A stretch of DNA of 42,987 nucleotides from Patescibacteria group bacterium (GCA_048621635.1 JBMCWH010000004.1:1-42987); one strand, 5' to 3'. Counted from the first letter of the stretch, positions 1-9,394 are shown. Notes: a model not told the origin generated them from the letters alone. Numbers and translations: made by a program.

Positions 1-1461
1 ATGAATTTATCAAGCTGTGTTTCTGTATTGGAAAATCATGACCTTCTCTCTTCCTTGGAAGAAGATCTCGGTATCGCTGTTGGTACAGTTCGCGCAGATT
101 CAAGAAAAATTAAAGACGGTGATATTTTTGTTGCTATAACTGGGGAGCATGTTGATGGGCATGATTTTATTAATTCCGCTGTTTCCCAAGGTGCGGCTGC
201 AGTGGTAGGAGAAAAAGACTTAGCTTTAGAGATACCTTATTTACAGGTAAAAGATTCGCGGAAAGCTTGGGCGGTGCTTTGTGCGGAGGAAAACAATAAC
301 CCCCAAAAGAAGCTGGAGATAATTGGTGTCACTGGTACTGATGGGAAAACTACTACCGCTCATTTGATTCAATCTATGCTTATTGCTGGCGGTTACAGAA
401 CTGGTTTGGTGTCTACAGTAACGGCAGATTTAGGTGGAGAAGAAGTTCCCTCTGGGCTACACGTCACCACTCCTGAGCCTCCTCAGTTGTTTACATTTTT
501 GCGTAAGATGGTGGAAAATAACTGTGCTTATGCAGTTTTGGAAACTACATCCCATGGTTTGGATCAAGAGAGAGTTTTTGGTATTCACTTTGCTTTGGGG
601 GTTTTAACCAATATTACTAAGGAGCACTTAGATTATCACCAAACCTTTGAAAATTATAAGAAAGCAAAAGCTAAGCTTTTTCAGCGGTCTGCTATTGCTG
701 TTTTGAATGTGGACGATCCTTCTTACGAGTTTATTGCTGAAAAAGCTAGCGGGAAAGTTGTACCCTATTCCCTGGAGAAAAATTTAGGGTTTAAGGGGGA
801 TTTGGACTATGATCAGGCTATTCTTCCGGGGAAATATAACGAGTCCAATGTTTTAGCTGCGGCAACAGCAGTTGGTCTTTTGGGGGTGGAAGAAGGAGAG
901 ATAAATGAAGGTCTGGCTAATTTCTCTTCCCCGGAAGGGCGGTTTCAGGAAATTGATTTGGAGCAACCGTTTAAAGTGATAGTTGATTTTGCGCATACGC
1001 CTAATGCTTTGGAAAACTTGCTTCGGACAGTCCAATCTGAAATTGATGAGGGTAGATTAATTACTGTCTTTGGTTGTGCTGGAGAGCGTGATTCTGGTAA
1101 AAGATTTCTGATGGGTAAAAATTCTGGGAAACTGGCAGACATTTCTATTTTTACTGCAGAAGATCCCCGGGGAGAAGATATTGAGGATATTTTGGAAGAA
1201 ATGGTTCGCGGTGCGAAGGATTCGGGAGCGGAAGAAGCTGGTTCGAAGAAGCTTAGGAAGAAAATAAGCGAAAACATCTATGTAAAAATCCCCGATCGTG
1301 AGGAGGCAATTAGCTTTGCGATTGATAATGCACAGGAAGGCGACTGGGTTTTTATTTTAGGTAAAGGTCATGAGCAGTCGATGAATATTGGTGGTAAGGA
1401 ATATGAGTGGAGTGATATCGTTGTGGCTAAGGAAGCAATTGAGGATGTTGAATGGAACTAA
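1..1461 (+). CDS. murE: UDP-N-acetylmuramoyl-L-alanyl-D-glutamate--diamino acid ligase
   Basis: Mur ligase motifs DSRK, GVTGTDGKTTT, TTPE, ETTSHGLDQER, EHLDYH, DFAHTPNA, FGCAGERD, GKGHE. Confidence 0.95.
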   Translation: MNLSSCVSVLENHDLLSSLEEDLGIAVGTVRADSRKIKDGDIFVAITGEHVDGHDFINSAVSQGAAAVVGEKDLALEIPYLQVKDSRKAWAVLCAEENNNPQKKLEIIGVTGTDGKTTTAHLIQSMLIAGGYRTGLVSTVTADLGGEEVPSGLHVTTPEPPQLFTFLRKMVENNCAYAVLETTSHGLDQERVFGIHFALGVLTNITKEHLDYHQTFENYKKAKAKLFQRSAIAVLNVDDPSYEFIAEKASGKVVPYSLEKNLGFKGDLDYDQAILPGKYNESNVLAAATAVGLLGVEEGEINEGLANFSSPEGRFQEIDLEQPFKVIVDFAHTPNALENLLRTVQSEIDEGRLITVFGCAGERDSGKRFLMGKNSGKLADISIFTAEDPRGEDIEDILEEMVRGAKDSGAEEAGSKKLRKKISENIYVKIPDREEAISFAIDNAQEGDWVFILGKGHEQSMNIGGKEYEWSDIVVAKEAIEDVEWN

Positions 1462-1551
1462 AGCTCTTGTTGAAAATGTTCAAAATATAGGACATGTTGA
1501 ACAAGCGGAGCAGTTCGACATCTTCGACTTCTGTGTAAGCGCTGACTTATT

Positions 1552-2964
1552 ATGATCAATTTCAATTCTGTTCACTTTATAGGTATTGGAGGTTCAGGGG
1601 CTAGTGGTGTGGCTGAACTGTTGCTTAGGGAAGGAAAAAAAGTTTCCGGTTCTGATGTGCGCATTTCTTCTAGAACTAAGCGCCTTGAGGATTTGGGAGC
1701 GGTAGTGTATGAAGGACAAAGAAGGGAAAATGTGAGTGGTGCTGATTTGGTTCTTTACTCGCCAGCTATCCCTGCCCGCGATCCGAATAACCCGGAATTA
1801 TTGGCAGCTAAAGAAGAGAATATCCCTGCCCAAAGTTGGCAAGAGTTTATTGGTAAATATTTTAAACAAACTGGTCGGAAAGGTTTGCTGGTGGCAGGGG
1901 CACATGGGAAAGGATCCACTTGTGCTGTTCTTGCCCAAATTTTAATTACTGCTGGCTTGGATCCCTTTGTTCTTTTGGGTGCGGAAATGGTTTCTTGGGA
2001 TTCAAACTTGCGAGTAGGGGAGGGAGATTACTATATTTTGGAAGCAGATGAATTTGATCGCAACTTTTTCAACTATTACCCTTACGCAGCTGTCCTTTCT
2101 TCTCTAGAATACGAACATCCAGAAACTTATCCTGATTTTTCTTCTTATAAGCAAGCTTTTGTCCAGTTTTTGGGGCGAATTCCGTCTGGAGGATATTTAG
2201 CTGCCTACAATTCAGAAAATACAAAGAGGTTTTTTCAGGAGGAGCTAGTGAGTGTTGATTTTTCTGTGGAAACTTTTGGAGTTGCAGCAGATTGGTCTAT
2301 TGGTAGTTCTACATATCAAAGATTAAAACAAGATTTTTCTGTGGAATATGCCGGTGATCGTTTTGGTGAGTTTACCTTAGGTGTTCCAGCTAAATTTAAT
2401 TTGGAAAATGCGTTGAGTGCTATTGCTTTAGCACATTTTTTGGGTATTTCTAAGCAAGATATTCGGCAGGCTTTGGAGGATTATCAAGGTTTGCATCGCC
2501 GGTTTGAAGTATTGGAAGCAGATGAATGGACTTATGTTTACGATTATGGGCATTCTCCTGAGGCAATTGAAACTGTGATTAGTGAGGCGAGAGAAATATG
2601 GCCGCAAAGAAGGATTGTTTTGGTTTTTCAGCCGCATATGTATTCGCGAACAAAAACGTTTTTTGAGAATTTTGTTACTCAGTTTAAAAAGGCAGATCAG
2701 TTATATCTTTTGGATATTTATGGGGCAAGAGAGACAGGTACAACTAAAGAAACCTTGGTTAGTTCGCAAGAACTAGCGAAAGCTGCTGAAGAGCAGGGAG
2801 TAAAAATAAAGTATGTGCCTAATCCTTTGGAAACAGTTGCGGGGCGAATTGAGCCTGAATTTGCGAAAGATGATGTGGTTATTGTAATGGGAGCGGGTAG
2901 TATTTCTGAAGTTTTCCGAGCATTGAAAGATAAGCGCGGATCTTGGGAGGATTCTCGCGGATAG
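1552..2964 (+). CDS. murC: UDP-N-acetylmuramate--L-alanine ligase
   Basis: HFIGIGGSGAS, VSGSD, AGAHGKGST, LEADEFDRNF, GLHRRFE, DYGHSP, VFQPHMYSRT, MGAGSI. Confidence 0.95.
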   Translation: MINFNSVHFIGIGGSGASGVAELLLREGKKVSGSDVRISSRTKRLEDLGAVVYEGQRRENVSGADLVLYSPAIPARDPNNPELLAAKEENIPAQSWQEFIGKYFKQTGRKGLLVAGAHGKGSTCAVLAQILITAGLDPFVLLGAEMVSWDSNLRVGEGDYYILEADEFDRNFFNYYPYAAVLSSLEYEHPETYPDFSSYKQAFVQFLGRIPSGGYLAAYNSENTKRFFQEELVSVDFSVETFGVAADWSIGSSTYQRLKQDFSVEYAGDRFGEFTLGVPAKFNLENALSAIALAHFLGISKQDIRQALEDYQGLHRRFEVLEADEWTYVYDYGHSPEAIETVISEAREIWPQRRIVLVFQPHMYSRTKTFFENFVTQFKKADQLYLLDIYGARETGTTKETLVSSQELAKAAEEQGVKIKYVPNPLETVAGRIEPEFAKDDVVIVMGAGSISEVFRALKDKRGSWEDSRG

Positions 2965-2996
2965 GAGATAGTGAGTTCAATAATTCAGTGAATATT

Positions 2997-3908
2997 ATGG
3001 ATATTAACAACAAAATTAAGAAAAACATTACCTTGTCTCCGTATACCACCTTTAAAATTGGTGGCCCTGCTGATTATTTTGTTAAAGTTAAATCTGAACA
3101 AGAGTTGATAGCTGCTATTTGTTGGGCACAGAGAAAAGGAATTGATTTTTTTCTTCTTGGCGGTGGTTCCAATATTTTAGTTGCGGATGAGGGTTTTTCT
3201 GGCTTGGTTATCAAGAATGATTTTGCTCAGTTTACAGTTCTGGAGTGCAATGAAGATTTAAAGGTGCAGGTAAGTTCTGGATTGTCGTTCAGCAAATTTG
3301 TGGAGAAGTTGCTTGCTAAAGGTGTAGATATTGTTTGGAAATTTGCAGGAATTCCTGCTTCGGTTGGTGGCGCGATTTTTACCAATACTCATGGTAAAGA
3401 TGTGTTTATTGGGGATTTTTTGGACGGTGCCCGAGTTTGGCAGCGAGGGGAGATATGTTCGGTGGATAGGGATTGGTTTTCGTTTGGTTATGATTACAGC
3501 TATTTACAAGAGGCTGGTGGGGTTTTGCTGACTGCTACTTTTTCTTTTCCCTTATCGGATAACTTGGAGCAGGTTAGGGAAAGCAAAGCTGAATGGTTGT
3601 TGCAAAGAAAAGAAAAATTTCCGAAAAAGCCATCTGCTGGTTGTGTTTTTCAAAATTTAACTGCAGAAGAAGTGGATGAACTAGGATTACCTACCAGTTC
3701 AGGTGGTTATTTTATTGACAAAGTTTTAGAATTGAAAGGTGAAAGGAGAGGGGGCGCAAAGATTTCGGAGAGGCATGCTAACTTTATTGTGAATACGGGA
3801 GGTGCTACTGCGGAGGATGTGATGGCTCTTATTGATTTGGTCAAGTCGCGAGCAAAGGAACACAGGGTTTCTTTGCAGTTGGAAATTGGTTTGGTAGGCA
3901 TGGATTAA
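2997..3908 (+). CDS. murB: UDP-N-acetylenolpyruvoylglucosamine reductase
   Basis: LSPYTTFKIGGPA, LGGGSNILV, GIPASVGGA, PSAGCVFQN, ISERHANFIVN; ATG at 2997 preferred over the TTG at 2943. Confidence 0.95.
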   Translation: MDINNKIKKNITLSPYTTFKIGGPADYFVKVKSEQELIAAICWAQRKGIDFFLLGGGSNILVADEGFSGLVIKNDFAQFTVLECNEDLKVQVSSGLSFSKFVEKLLAKGVDIVWKFAGIPASVGGAIFTNTHGKDVFIGDFLDGARVWQRGEICSVDRDWFSFGYDYSYLQEAGGVLLTATFSFPLSDNLEQVRESKAEWLLQRKEKFPKKPSAGCVFQNLTAEEVDELGLPTSSGGYFIDKVLELKGERRGGAKISERHANFIVNTGGATAEDVMALIDLVKSRAKEHRVSLQLEIGLVGMD

Positions 3909-3932
3909 AACCCCCTAGTTTAAGAATGTGAA

Positions 3933-3978
3933 GTAGCAAGGTTACTTGCGATAGGGGAATCGCGGATAAATCCGCTAC
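3933..3978. repeat. REP-like doublet (two inverted GTAG-type 20-mers)
   Basis: GTAGCAAGGTTACTTGCGAT on + (3933-3952) and GTAGCGGATTTATCCGCGAT on - (3959-3978), each a short hairpin starting at the GTAG tetranucleotide. Confidence 0.7.
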
Positions 3979-3992
3979 TACAAGAGAGATTG

Positions 3993-4034
3993 CACGGAGT
4001 CTCTTTGCAGTTGGAAATTGATTTAGTTGGGTTT
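3993..4034 (+). pseudogene. Diverged duplicate of the murB 3' end
   Basis: 19-nt exact match TCTTTGCAGTTGGAAATTG at 3870-3888 and 4002-4020; translates HGVSLQLEIDLVGF versus murB HRVSLQLEIGLVGM. Confidence 0.7.
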
Positions 4035-4207
4035 TTAGGGGAACGAGAAATGGAAGAAGTGGGGATCATTGTTGTGCTGTTAGTTGTCTTTGTGCTGTTG
4101 CTCTTGGTTGATGAGTGAGTTTGTTGTATACGGAGGGAACAGGTTCCTTGTCTATTTAAGGGTCTGTTCCCTGTCTTTCCCGTTTGTCTTACTATAATTG
4201 TAATCAG

Positions 4208-5575
4208 ATGAACGAATTTAAAGATAAAAATATTCACGTGGTTGGTTTAGGTGTGGAAGGTGCTGCACTTGCGGATTACTTTTTGTCTCAAAGCGCACGG
4301 GTTACTGTTCACCACAAGGCAGAACCAGAGAATTTGGAGCAGGATTCTGATTTAAATAAGTTTAAGGAAAAGGGCGCTAAGTTTAGGTTAGGAAAGGATT
4401 ATTTGCAAGGTATAGAGAAGGCAAATTTTGTGGGGATAATACAAAGCGCGTTTTCTTATCTTCATCGAGAAAGTAATCAAAGACTATATGATTTGTACCA
4501 GCGTAACCCGGAAATTTTCTATACAGACCTTAAGATATTTTTTGCAGAATGTCCAGCTACGATAGTAGGAGTTACGGGTAGCAAAGGGAAAACTACTACT
4601 ACTGATCTTTTGGGTAAAATTGTTTCAACAGAACGAAGAGCTTGGGCGCTAGGAAACATTGGTAAATCCCCGCTTACCTTGGTTGACGAACTGTCTGCGG
4701 AAGATGTTGCAATTCTTGAAATTTCCAACTACCAACTAGAATATCTGAAACAAAGCCCTCATATTGCAGTGCTTTTAAACATTACTCCTGATCATCTAGT
4801 GGATTACGGAGGCGATTTTGAAAAGTATCAAAAAGCAAAACAAAGAATTGTTAAATTTCAAAAGCCCGAGGATTTTAAGATTATTAATTTGGATGATCTA
4901 GGTGCCCGCTCTGCAATGGAAATAGGGGAAGGGACTTTGTTTGGTTACAGTTTGGAGCTTATTTCCGAAGGCGTTTTTGTTGAAAATGGAGAAGTCAAAA
5001 TTGCTCGTAAGGGAGAGCTTAAAGAAGTAATTTCTGTTGACCAGCTCCCTTTTCCGGGAAGGCATAATGTAAGCAATTTTCTGGCTGCAACCGCTGCTGC
5101 TTGTTTACTTGGTGTTTCTGTGGATAATATCCGTAAAGTTGCTTGGGAGTATGAGCTTCTTCCTCATCGTTTGGAAGAAGTTAAGATTGTTAAGGGTGTA
5201 AAATTTGTTAACGATTCCAAAGCTACTACTCCTGCTGCAACAAAGGCGGCCTTGAAAAGTTTTCCTGCGGGGAAGATAATTTTAATTGCTGGGGGTAAAA
5301 ATAAAGGATTGCCGGTTGAGGAGCTGGGTAAAGTTATTGATGCCCGAGTTAAGAAATTGATTTTACTTGGGGAAACTGCGGATAAGCTAGCAAATTCCGT
5401 TTCTACAGTTTCTGTAGCTAAAGTAAACTCTCTGGAGGAGGCTGTTGCCCAAGCTTACTCTGCTGCGGAGCAAGAAGATGTTGTTCTTTTATCTCCTGCC
5501 GCAGCTAGTTTTGATATGTTCAAAAACTACAAGGATCGAGGGAACAAATTTAAGGAGATTGTTAACAAGCTCTGA
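4208..5575 (+). CDS. murD: UDP-N-acetylmuramoylalanine--D-glutamate ligase
   Basis: VVGLGVEG, GVTGSKGKTTT, GNIG, LEISNYQLE, NITPDHL, PHRLE, NDSKAT, LIAGG, LSPAAASFDMFKNYKDRG. Confidence 0.95.
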   Translation: MNEFKDKNIHVVGLGVEGAALADYFLSQSARVTVHHKAEPENLEQDSDLNKFKEKGAKFRLGKDYLQGIEKANFVGIIQSAFSYLHRESNQRLYDLYQRNPEIFYTDLKIFFAECPATIVGVTGSKGKTTTTDLLGKIVSTERRAWALGNIGKSPLTLVDELSAEDVAILEISNYQLEYLKQSPHIAVLLNITPDHLVDYGGDFEKYQKAKQRIVKFQKPEDFKIINLDDLGARSAMEIGEGTLFGYSLELISEGVFVENGEVKIARKGELKEVISVDQLPFPGRHNVSNFLAATAAACLLGVSVDNIRKVAWEYELLPHRLEEVKIVKGVKFVNDSKATTPAATKAALKSFPAGKIILIAGGKNKGLPVEELGKVIDARVKKLILLGETADKLANSVSTVSVAKVNSLEEAVAQAYSAAEQEDVVLLSPAAASFDMFKNYKDRGNKFKEIVNKL

Positions 5576-5627
5576 GAGAGAAATGCGCTTAACGTGGTCT
5601 AAAGTTCGTTGATTCAAGAGCATTGAA

Positions 5628-5702
5628 GTAACAAGTTTACTTGCGATAGGGAGTTGCAGATAAGTCTGCTACTATAAGAGAAATCGCGGATAAATTCGCT
5701 AC
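5628..5702. repeat. REP-like cluster (three units, same family as 3933-3978)
   Basis: GTAACAAGTTTACTTGCGAT (+, 5628-5647), GTAGCAGACTTATCTGCAAC (-, 5653-5672), GTAGCGAATTTATCCGCGAT (-, 5683-5702). Confidence 0.7.
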
Positions 5703-5837
5703 TTCAAGGGTGTGGGGGTAAAGATTGCCTACGCCTTTTTAGATCAGGAGGGAGGAAGTCAAGGCAAAGTTTAACTAAGTGTATTATTCTGATAAGAACG
5801 GCGATTAATAAAGTCCGAGATTATTAATTGGCTAGAT

Positions 5838-5879
5838 AAAAAGGCACACATGGTTTCATGTGTGCTTTTGGTTTTTTTT
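5838..5879. terminator. Probable bidirectional intrinsic terminator
   Basis: aaaaggcacacatg-gttt-catgtgtgctttt hairpin flanked by A and T runs, between convergent murD and the orphan gene. Confidence 0.7.
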
Positions 5880-5884
5880 ACTAG

Positions 5885-6334
5885 TCAAATTTTGAAGTAA
5901 TGTGTTAGATTTTCTGTTCGGTAGTACCCACGTCGCCTGTTCCACCCTACAGTATGTTGTACTTTCTGTCCGATCCAGGGGAATTTGCGTTGTTCCCATG
6001 TGAGTTCTACTTTGTCAGGGATTTCTAACCTCAAATAGGCTAATGTCTCTTCAGGAATGTGGGAAAACAGCTTTTGTGGGACATCTATTTGGATAAAAAC
6101 ACCCTCTCCTGGGCTGCTATAGTATGCGGTCACTGCGTGGTGTCGAGTTAATCCGGGGTGTGGTAAAGATTCTGGAGTGTGCTTTTTTGCAAGCCGGATC
6201 ACCACTTCTTGTTTGCCCAGAAGGTTTTCTGATTTTACTAAGTGCAGTTTTAGGCTGTTCTTGTTTCTCGGTGCGCCCTTTCCGATAATTTCTCCTACAG
6301 TGTCCCTCAATTTTGAGAGCATCTTTCTAGACAT
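5885..6334 (-). CDS. Hypothetical basic protein (orphan, 149 aa)
   Basis: ORF with strong SD (AAAGGAGG) before ATG 6334 and an extended -10 TGGTATAAT at 6375-6383; no family recognised. Confidence 0.7.
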   Translation of the reverse strand: MSRKMLSKLRDTVGEIIGKGAPRNKNSLKLHLVKSENLLGKQEVVIRLAKKHTPESLPHPGLTRHHAVTAYYSSPGEGVFIQIDVPQKLFSHIPEETLAYLRLEIPDKVELTWEQRKFPWIGQKVQHTVGWNRRRGYYRTENLTHYFKI

Positions 6335-6474
6335 GCCTCTTCCTCCTTTCTTACCCAGCAATCTTGTTGAAACAATTATACCATATAGCTTATTGAGAGT
6401 TCGGGGTGGTTTAAGGAGATATGGGTGTAATCTTATTTCGTTTAATTCGTTATTTATTATAAAATAAGATAAAT

Positions 6475-7749
6475 ATGCATTTTTCTGAAATTACACGTGT
6501 TACCCAAGATAGTAGAGAAGTTAAGAAAGGCGATTATTTTGTCGCTTGTGTAGGCGAGAATGTGGATGGACATGTTTTTATTGATCAAGCCTTGGAGAAC
6601 GGGGCAGCAGGAGTTTTGGAGGAGGAAGAACTTTATGGATTGGCGAAAGAAAAATTGCAAGCATTTGCCCCTACAGTAGTTGCAATTACTGGTTCGGTAG
6701 GAAAGACAACTACTAAAGAAGCAATTACTGCTGTTTTGGGTGAGGAATACACAGTTGTAAAATCGCCTGAAAATATTAACACTAGGCGAGGGCTTTCTTT
6801 ATTTATCCTCAACAAGTTATCTAAGGATTGCGAAGTATTGGTGGTTGAGATAGGTATGGATAGGTTTGGAGAAATTGCAGAGACCTGCCAAACAATTCCT
6901 CCTAATTTTGCTGTGCTTACTTCTATTAGCGAAACGCATTTGGAAAAATTAGGTAGTTTGGAGAGGATTAAAGAAACTAAGGCAGGAATATTGGACGCGT
7001 TACCTTTGGAAAGTGTGGCAGTCTTGAATGGGAATGATGAGCAGGTGGTTGATGTTTCTGATCGCGCTCCAGGAAAAATTGTTTGGTTTGGTCTAGTTGC
7101 TGAAGAGAGTTTACACCCTTTTTATTCTGCTTGTGAAATAGAGATATCTCGGTCAGGGACAGAGTTTGCTATTTTTGAAAATGGCAGAAAATTAGGTAAT
7201 GCTACTATGCAGATATTAGGGAAGGCGGCGGTTTATTCTGGTACTGCAGCTGCGGCGATAGGGAAAGAATTAAAGCTATCTTTCAGACAGATTGCTGACG
7301 GACTTGTAAGTTTGAAACCTGCACCCCACCGTTTGAACCTTATCCAAACAGGATCAGGAACAACTATTTTGGATGATTCTTATAACGCATCGGATGTATC
7401 TACGTTAGCGGCTTTAGATGTTTTTTCTAGGCTAGAAGCTGATAGAAGAATTGCTGTTCTGGGAGATATGTTGGAACTGGGTTCCCATGAACAGCTAGCA
7501 CATCAGAGAGTGGGCAAGGAAGTGGCAACAGTGGCGGATGTTTTAGTTACAGTAGGTGATTTGGGAGAGATAATTGGTAAGACTGCTGAAAAGCAGGGTT
7601 TGGAAAAAGTATTTTATGCACAGGATGCAGGAGCCTCTTTAAAAATTTTGAGGAAGAAAGTTGGGTTAAAGAAAGGTGATTTGGTTTTGGTCAAAGCTTC
7701 TCACAGTGTGGGGTTGGATGAGGTTGCGCGCGAGCTGGTAACCTGTTAA
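6475..7749 (+). CDS. murF: UDP-N-acetylmuramoyl-tripeptide--D-alanyl-D-alanine ligase
   Basis: DSRE, AITGSVGKTTTKE, VEIGMDRFGEI, HLEKLGS, DDSYNAS, LGDMLELG, VKASH. Confidence 0.95.
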   Translation: MHFSEITRVTQDSREVKKGDYFVACVGENVDGHVFIDQALENGAAGVLEEEELYGLAKEKLQAFAPTVVAITGSVGKTTTKEAITAVLGEEYTVVKSPENINTRRGLSLFILNKLSKDCEVLVVEIGMDRFGEIAETCQTIPPNFAVLTSISETHLEKLGSLERIKETKAGILDALPLESVAVLNGNDEQVVDVSDRAPGKIVWFGLVAEESLHPFYSACEIEISRSGTEFAIFENGRKLGNATMQILGKAAVYSGTAAAAIGKELKLSFRQIADGLVSLKPAPHRLNLIQTGSGTTILDDSYNASDVSTLAALDVFSRLEADRRIAVLGDMLELGSHEQLAHQRVGKEVATVADVLVTVGDLGEIIGKTAEKQGLEKVFYAQDAGASLKILRKKVGLKKGDLVLVKASHSVGLDEVARELVTC

Positions 7750-7859
7750 TTGTTCTTGAAGTGATTTTTTGAGTGGGTAGTTTTTACTGGCGGTTATTCT
7801 GAGAAAACTCCTGAGTTGTGGCTGAAATTAGTGCAAGGGCTTGTGTTAGAATAAATCTA

Positions 7860-8612
7860 GTGCGTGCTGTTATTTGGTTTACAGTTCTGGTTATACTGAT
7901 TTTGGTTGGTGGTTTGGTTTTTGTTGGGGGAGAGGAATTATTTCATTTGTTTGAACAGAAAAGGATGAGTCCCCGACCTATTCAAGAAATGAATAGTCAA
8001 GATGTTGAAAAAATAGACTTACCTGCCCCTAAAAAAGCTAGTAGTACTTCTTTTGAGGAGGTTGTGGCTGGTCGGCGGTCGCGGCGGAGTTTTAAAAGTA
8101 AGGAGCTTAGTTTGGAGCATATTTCTCAGCTACTTTGGGTAGCGCAGGGGATTACTGACAAGGAAAAGAGGTACCGAGCAGCTCCTTCAGCGGGGGCACT
8201 TTATCCTTTGGAGCTTTATCTTGTGGTAGGCGGTGGCGGGGTTGAGAATCTTGGTTCAGGGGTGTATCACTATATTCCAGAAGCACACAGCTTGGAGAAG
8301 TTACTGGCTGATGATTTGGTAAGTAATTTAGCACAAAAATGTTTGGGGCAAAATTTTATTGCTGATGCCCCAGTTTCTTTAGTGATAACTACTGACTATT
8401 CGCGAGTTACTGGCAAGTATGGGGAACGGGGCCGTCGTTATGTGCATATGGAAGCAGGACACGCAGCGCAAAATGTTTATCTGCAAGGGGAATCGCTAGG
8501 TTTGGGTACTGTTACTGTGGGTGCTTTTGAGGATGAGGAAATTATTGAGCTTCTTCAGTTGCCTTCTGAGCACAAGCCTCTTTATGTTATGCCCATTGGC
8601 TACCCTAAGTAA
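7860..8612 (+). CDS. SagB/ThcOx-family nitroreductase-like flavoprotein with N-terminal membrane anchor
   Basis: RRSRRSF, SQLLWVAQG, RAAPSAGALYPLELY, YGERGRRYVHMEAGHAAQNVYL, VGAFED; hydrophobic N-terminus; GTG start 7 nt after TGTTAGAAT. Confidence 0.88.
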   Translation: MRAVIWFTVLVILILVGGLVFVGGEELFHLFEQKRMSPRPIQEMNSQDVEKIDLPAPKKASSTSFEEVVAGRRSRRSFKSKELSLEHISQLLWVAQGITDKEKRYRAAPSAGALYPLELYLVVGGGGVENLGSGVYHYIPEAHSLEKLLADDLVSNLAQKCLGQNFIADAPVSLVITTDYSRVTGKYGERGRRYVHMEAGHAAQNVYLQGESLGLGTVTVGAFEDEEIIELLQLPSEHKPLYVMPIGYPK

Positions 8613-8619
8613 CACGAGT

Positions 8620-9207
8620 GTGATTTTGCCTAAATCTTTTTATCAAAGACCAACAGTAGAAGTTGCTAAGGATCTTTTGGGTAAATTTTTGGTTAGAGAA
8701 GTTGAAGATGGTTCAGTAAGGAAGGGAATGATTGTAGAAACAGAGGCTTACTTAGGTCCGGAGGATTTGGCTTGCCATTCTTCTAAAGGTAGGACGGAGA
8801 GAACCGAGGTGATGTTTGGACCTGCGGGACATGCGTATATTTACTTGGTTTACGGTATGCATTATATGTTTAATATTGTGACAAAGGCTCCGGGAGAAGC
8901 TGTTTTGGTTAGGGCGTTGCAACCTTTGTCTGTTGACTCCGAGCTAAATTCTGAGATTACCAAAGCACCGGAGGATCCAAGAATTGCGGCAGGTCCTGGT
9001 AAGTTAACAGCATGGTTGGCTGTTGATAAAAATCTTAACAGTTGTGATTTGGTTCAAAAGGATAAACTTTGGGTTGAGGCTGGTTGCAAGATGAATTTTG
9101 AAATTGAAAAGGGAAAAAGGATAGGTGTGGACTATGCAAAGGAATGGGCGGAAAAACCACTTCGTTTCTATATTGAGAATAATCCCGCTGTTTCTAAAGT
9201 ATCCTAG
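8620..9207 (+). CDS. DNA-3-methyladenine glycosylase (MPG/AAG family)
   Basis: FYQRPTVEVAKDLLGK, IVETEAY, GHAYIYLVYGMH, AVLVRALQP, GPGKLT, RIGV, PLRFY. Confidence 0.92.
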   Translation: MILPKSFYQRPTVEVAKDLLGKFLVREVEDGSVRKGMIVETEAYLGPEDLACHSSKGRTERTEVMFGPAGHAYIYLVYGMHYMFNIVTKAPGEAVLVRALQPLSVDSELNSEITKAPEDPRIAAGPGKLTAWLAVDKNLNSCDLVQKDKLWVEAGCKMNFEIEKGKRIGVDYAKEWAEKPLRFYIENNPAVSKVS

Positions 9208-9394
9208 GATGTTACGTTAGATGATCGAATTCCAAAGTTCTGCTTTGCGTACTGTATTCCAGTAATTCGAAGCTTCCGAGTACGTTTTTCATTTTTCTTT
9301 TCCAAAATACGGGTGAGCAACAGCAATGGTTGGTTTCTCCGTAAGTTCTTTTGTGACTCTTTTCTTTTTTGCGTGTTATACTAAAACAGAAAAG

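Noticed and set aside
3861-4034. murB 3' duplication as a diversity-generating retroelement TR/VR pair
   Set aside because: Mismatches are not adenine-specific, the repeat is short and no reverse transcriptase is in the window
3933-5702. REP-like units as a CRISPR array
   Set aside because: Units are inverted, divergent and separated by only 5-10 nt; no spacers or cas genes
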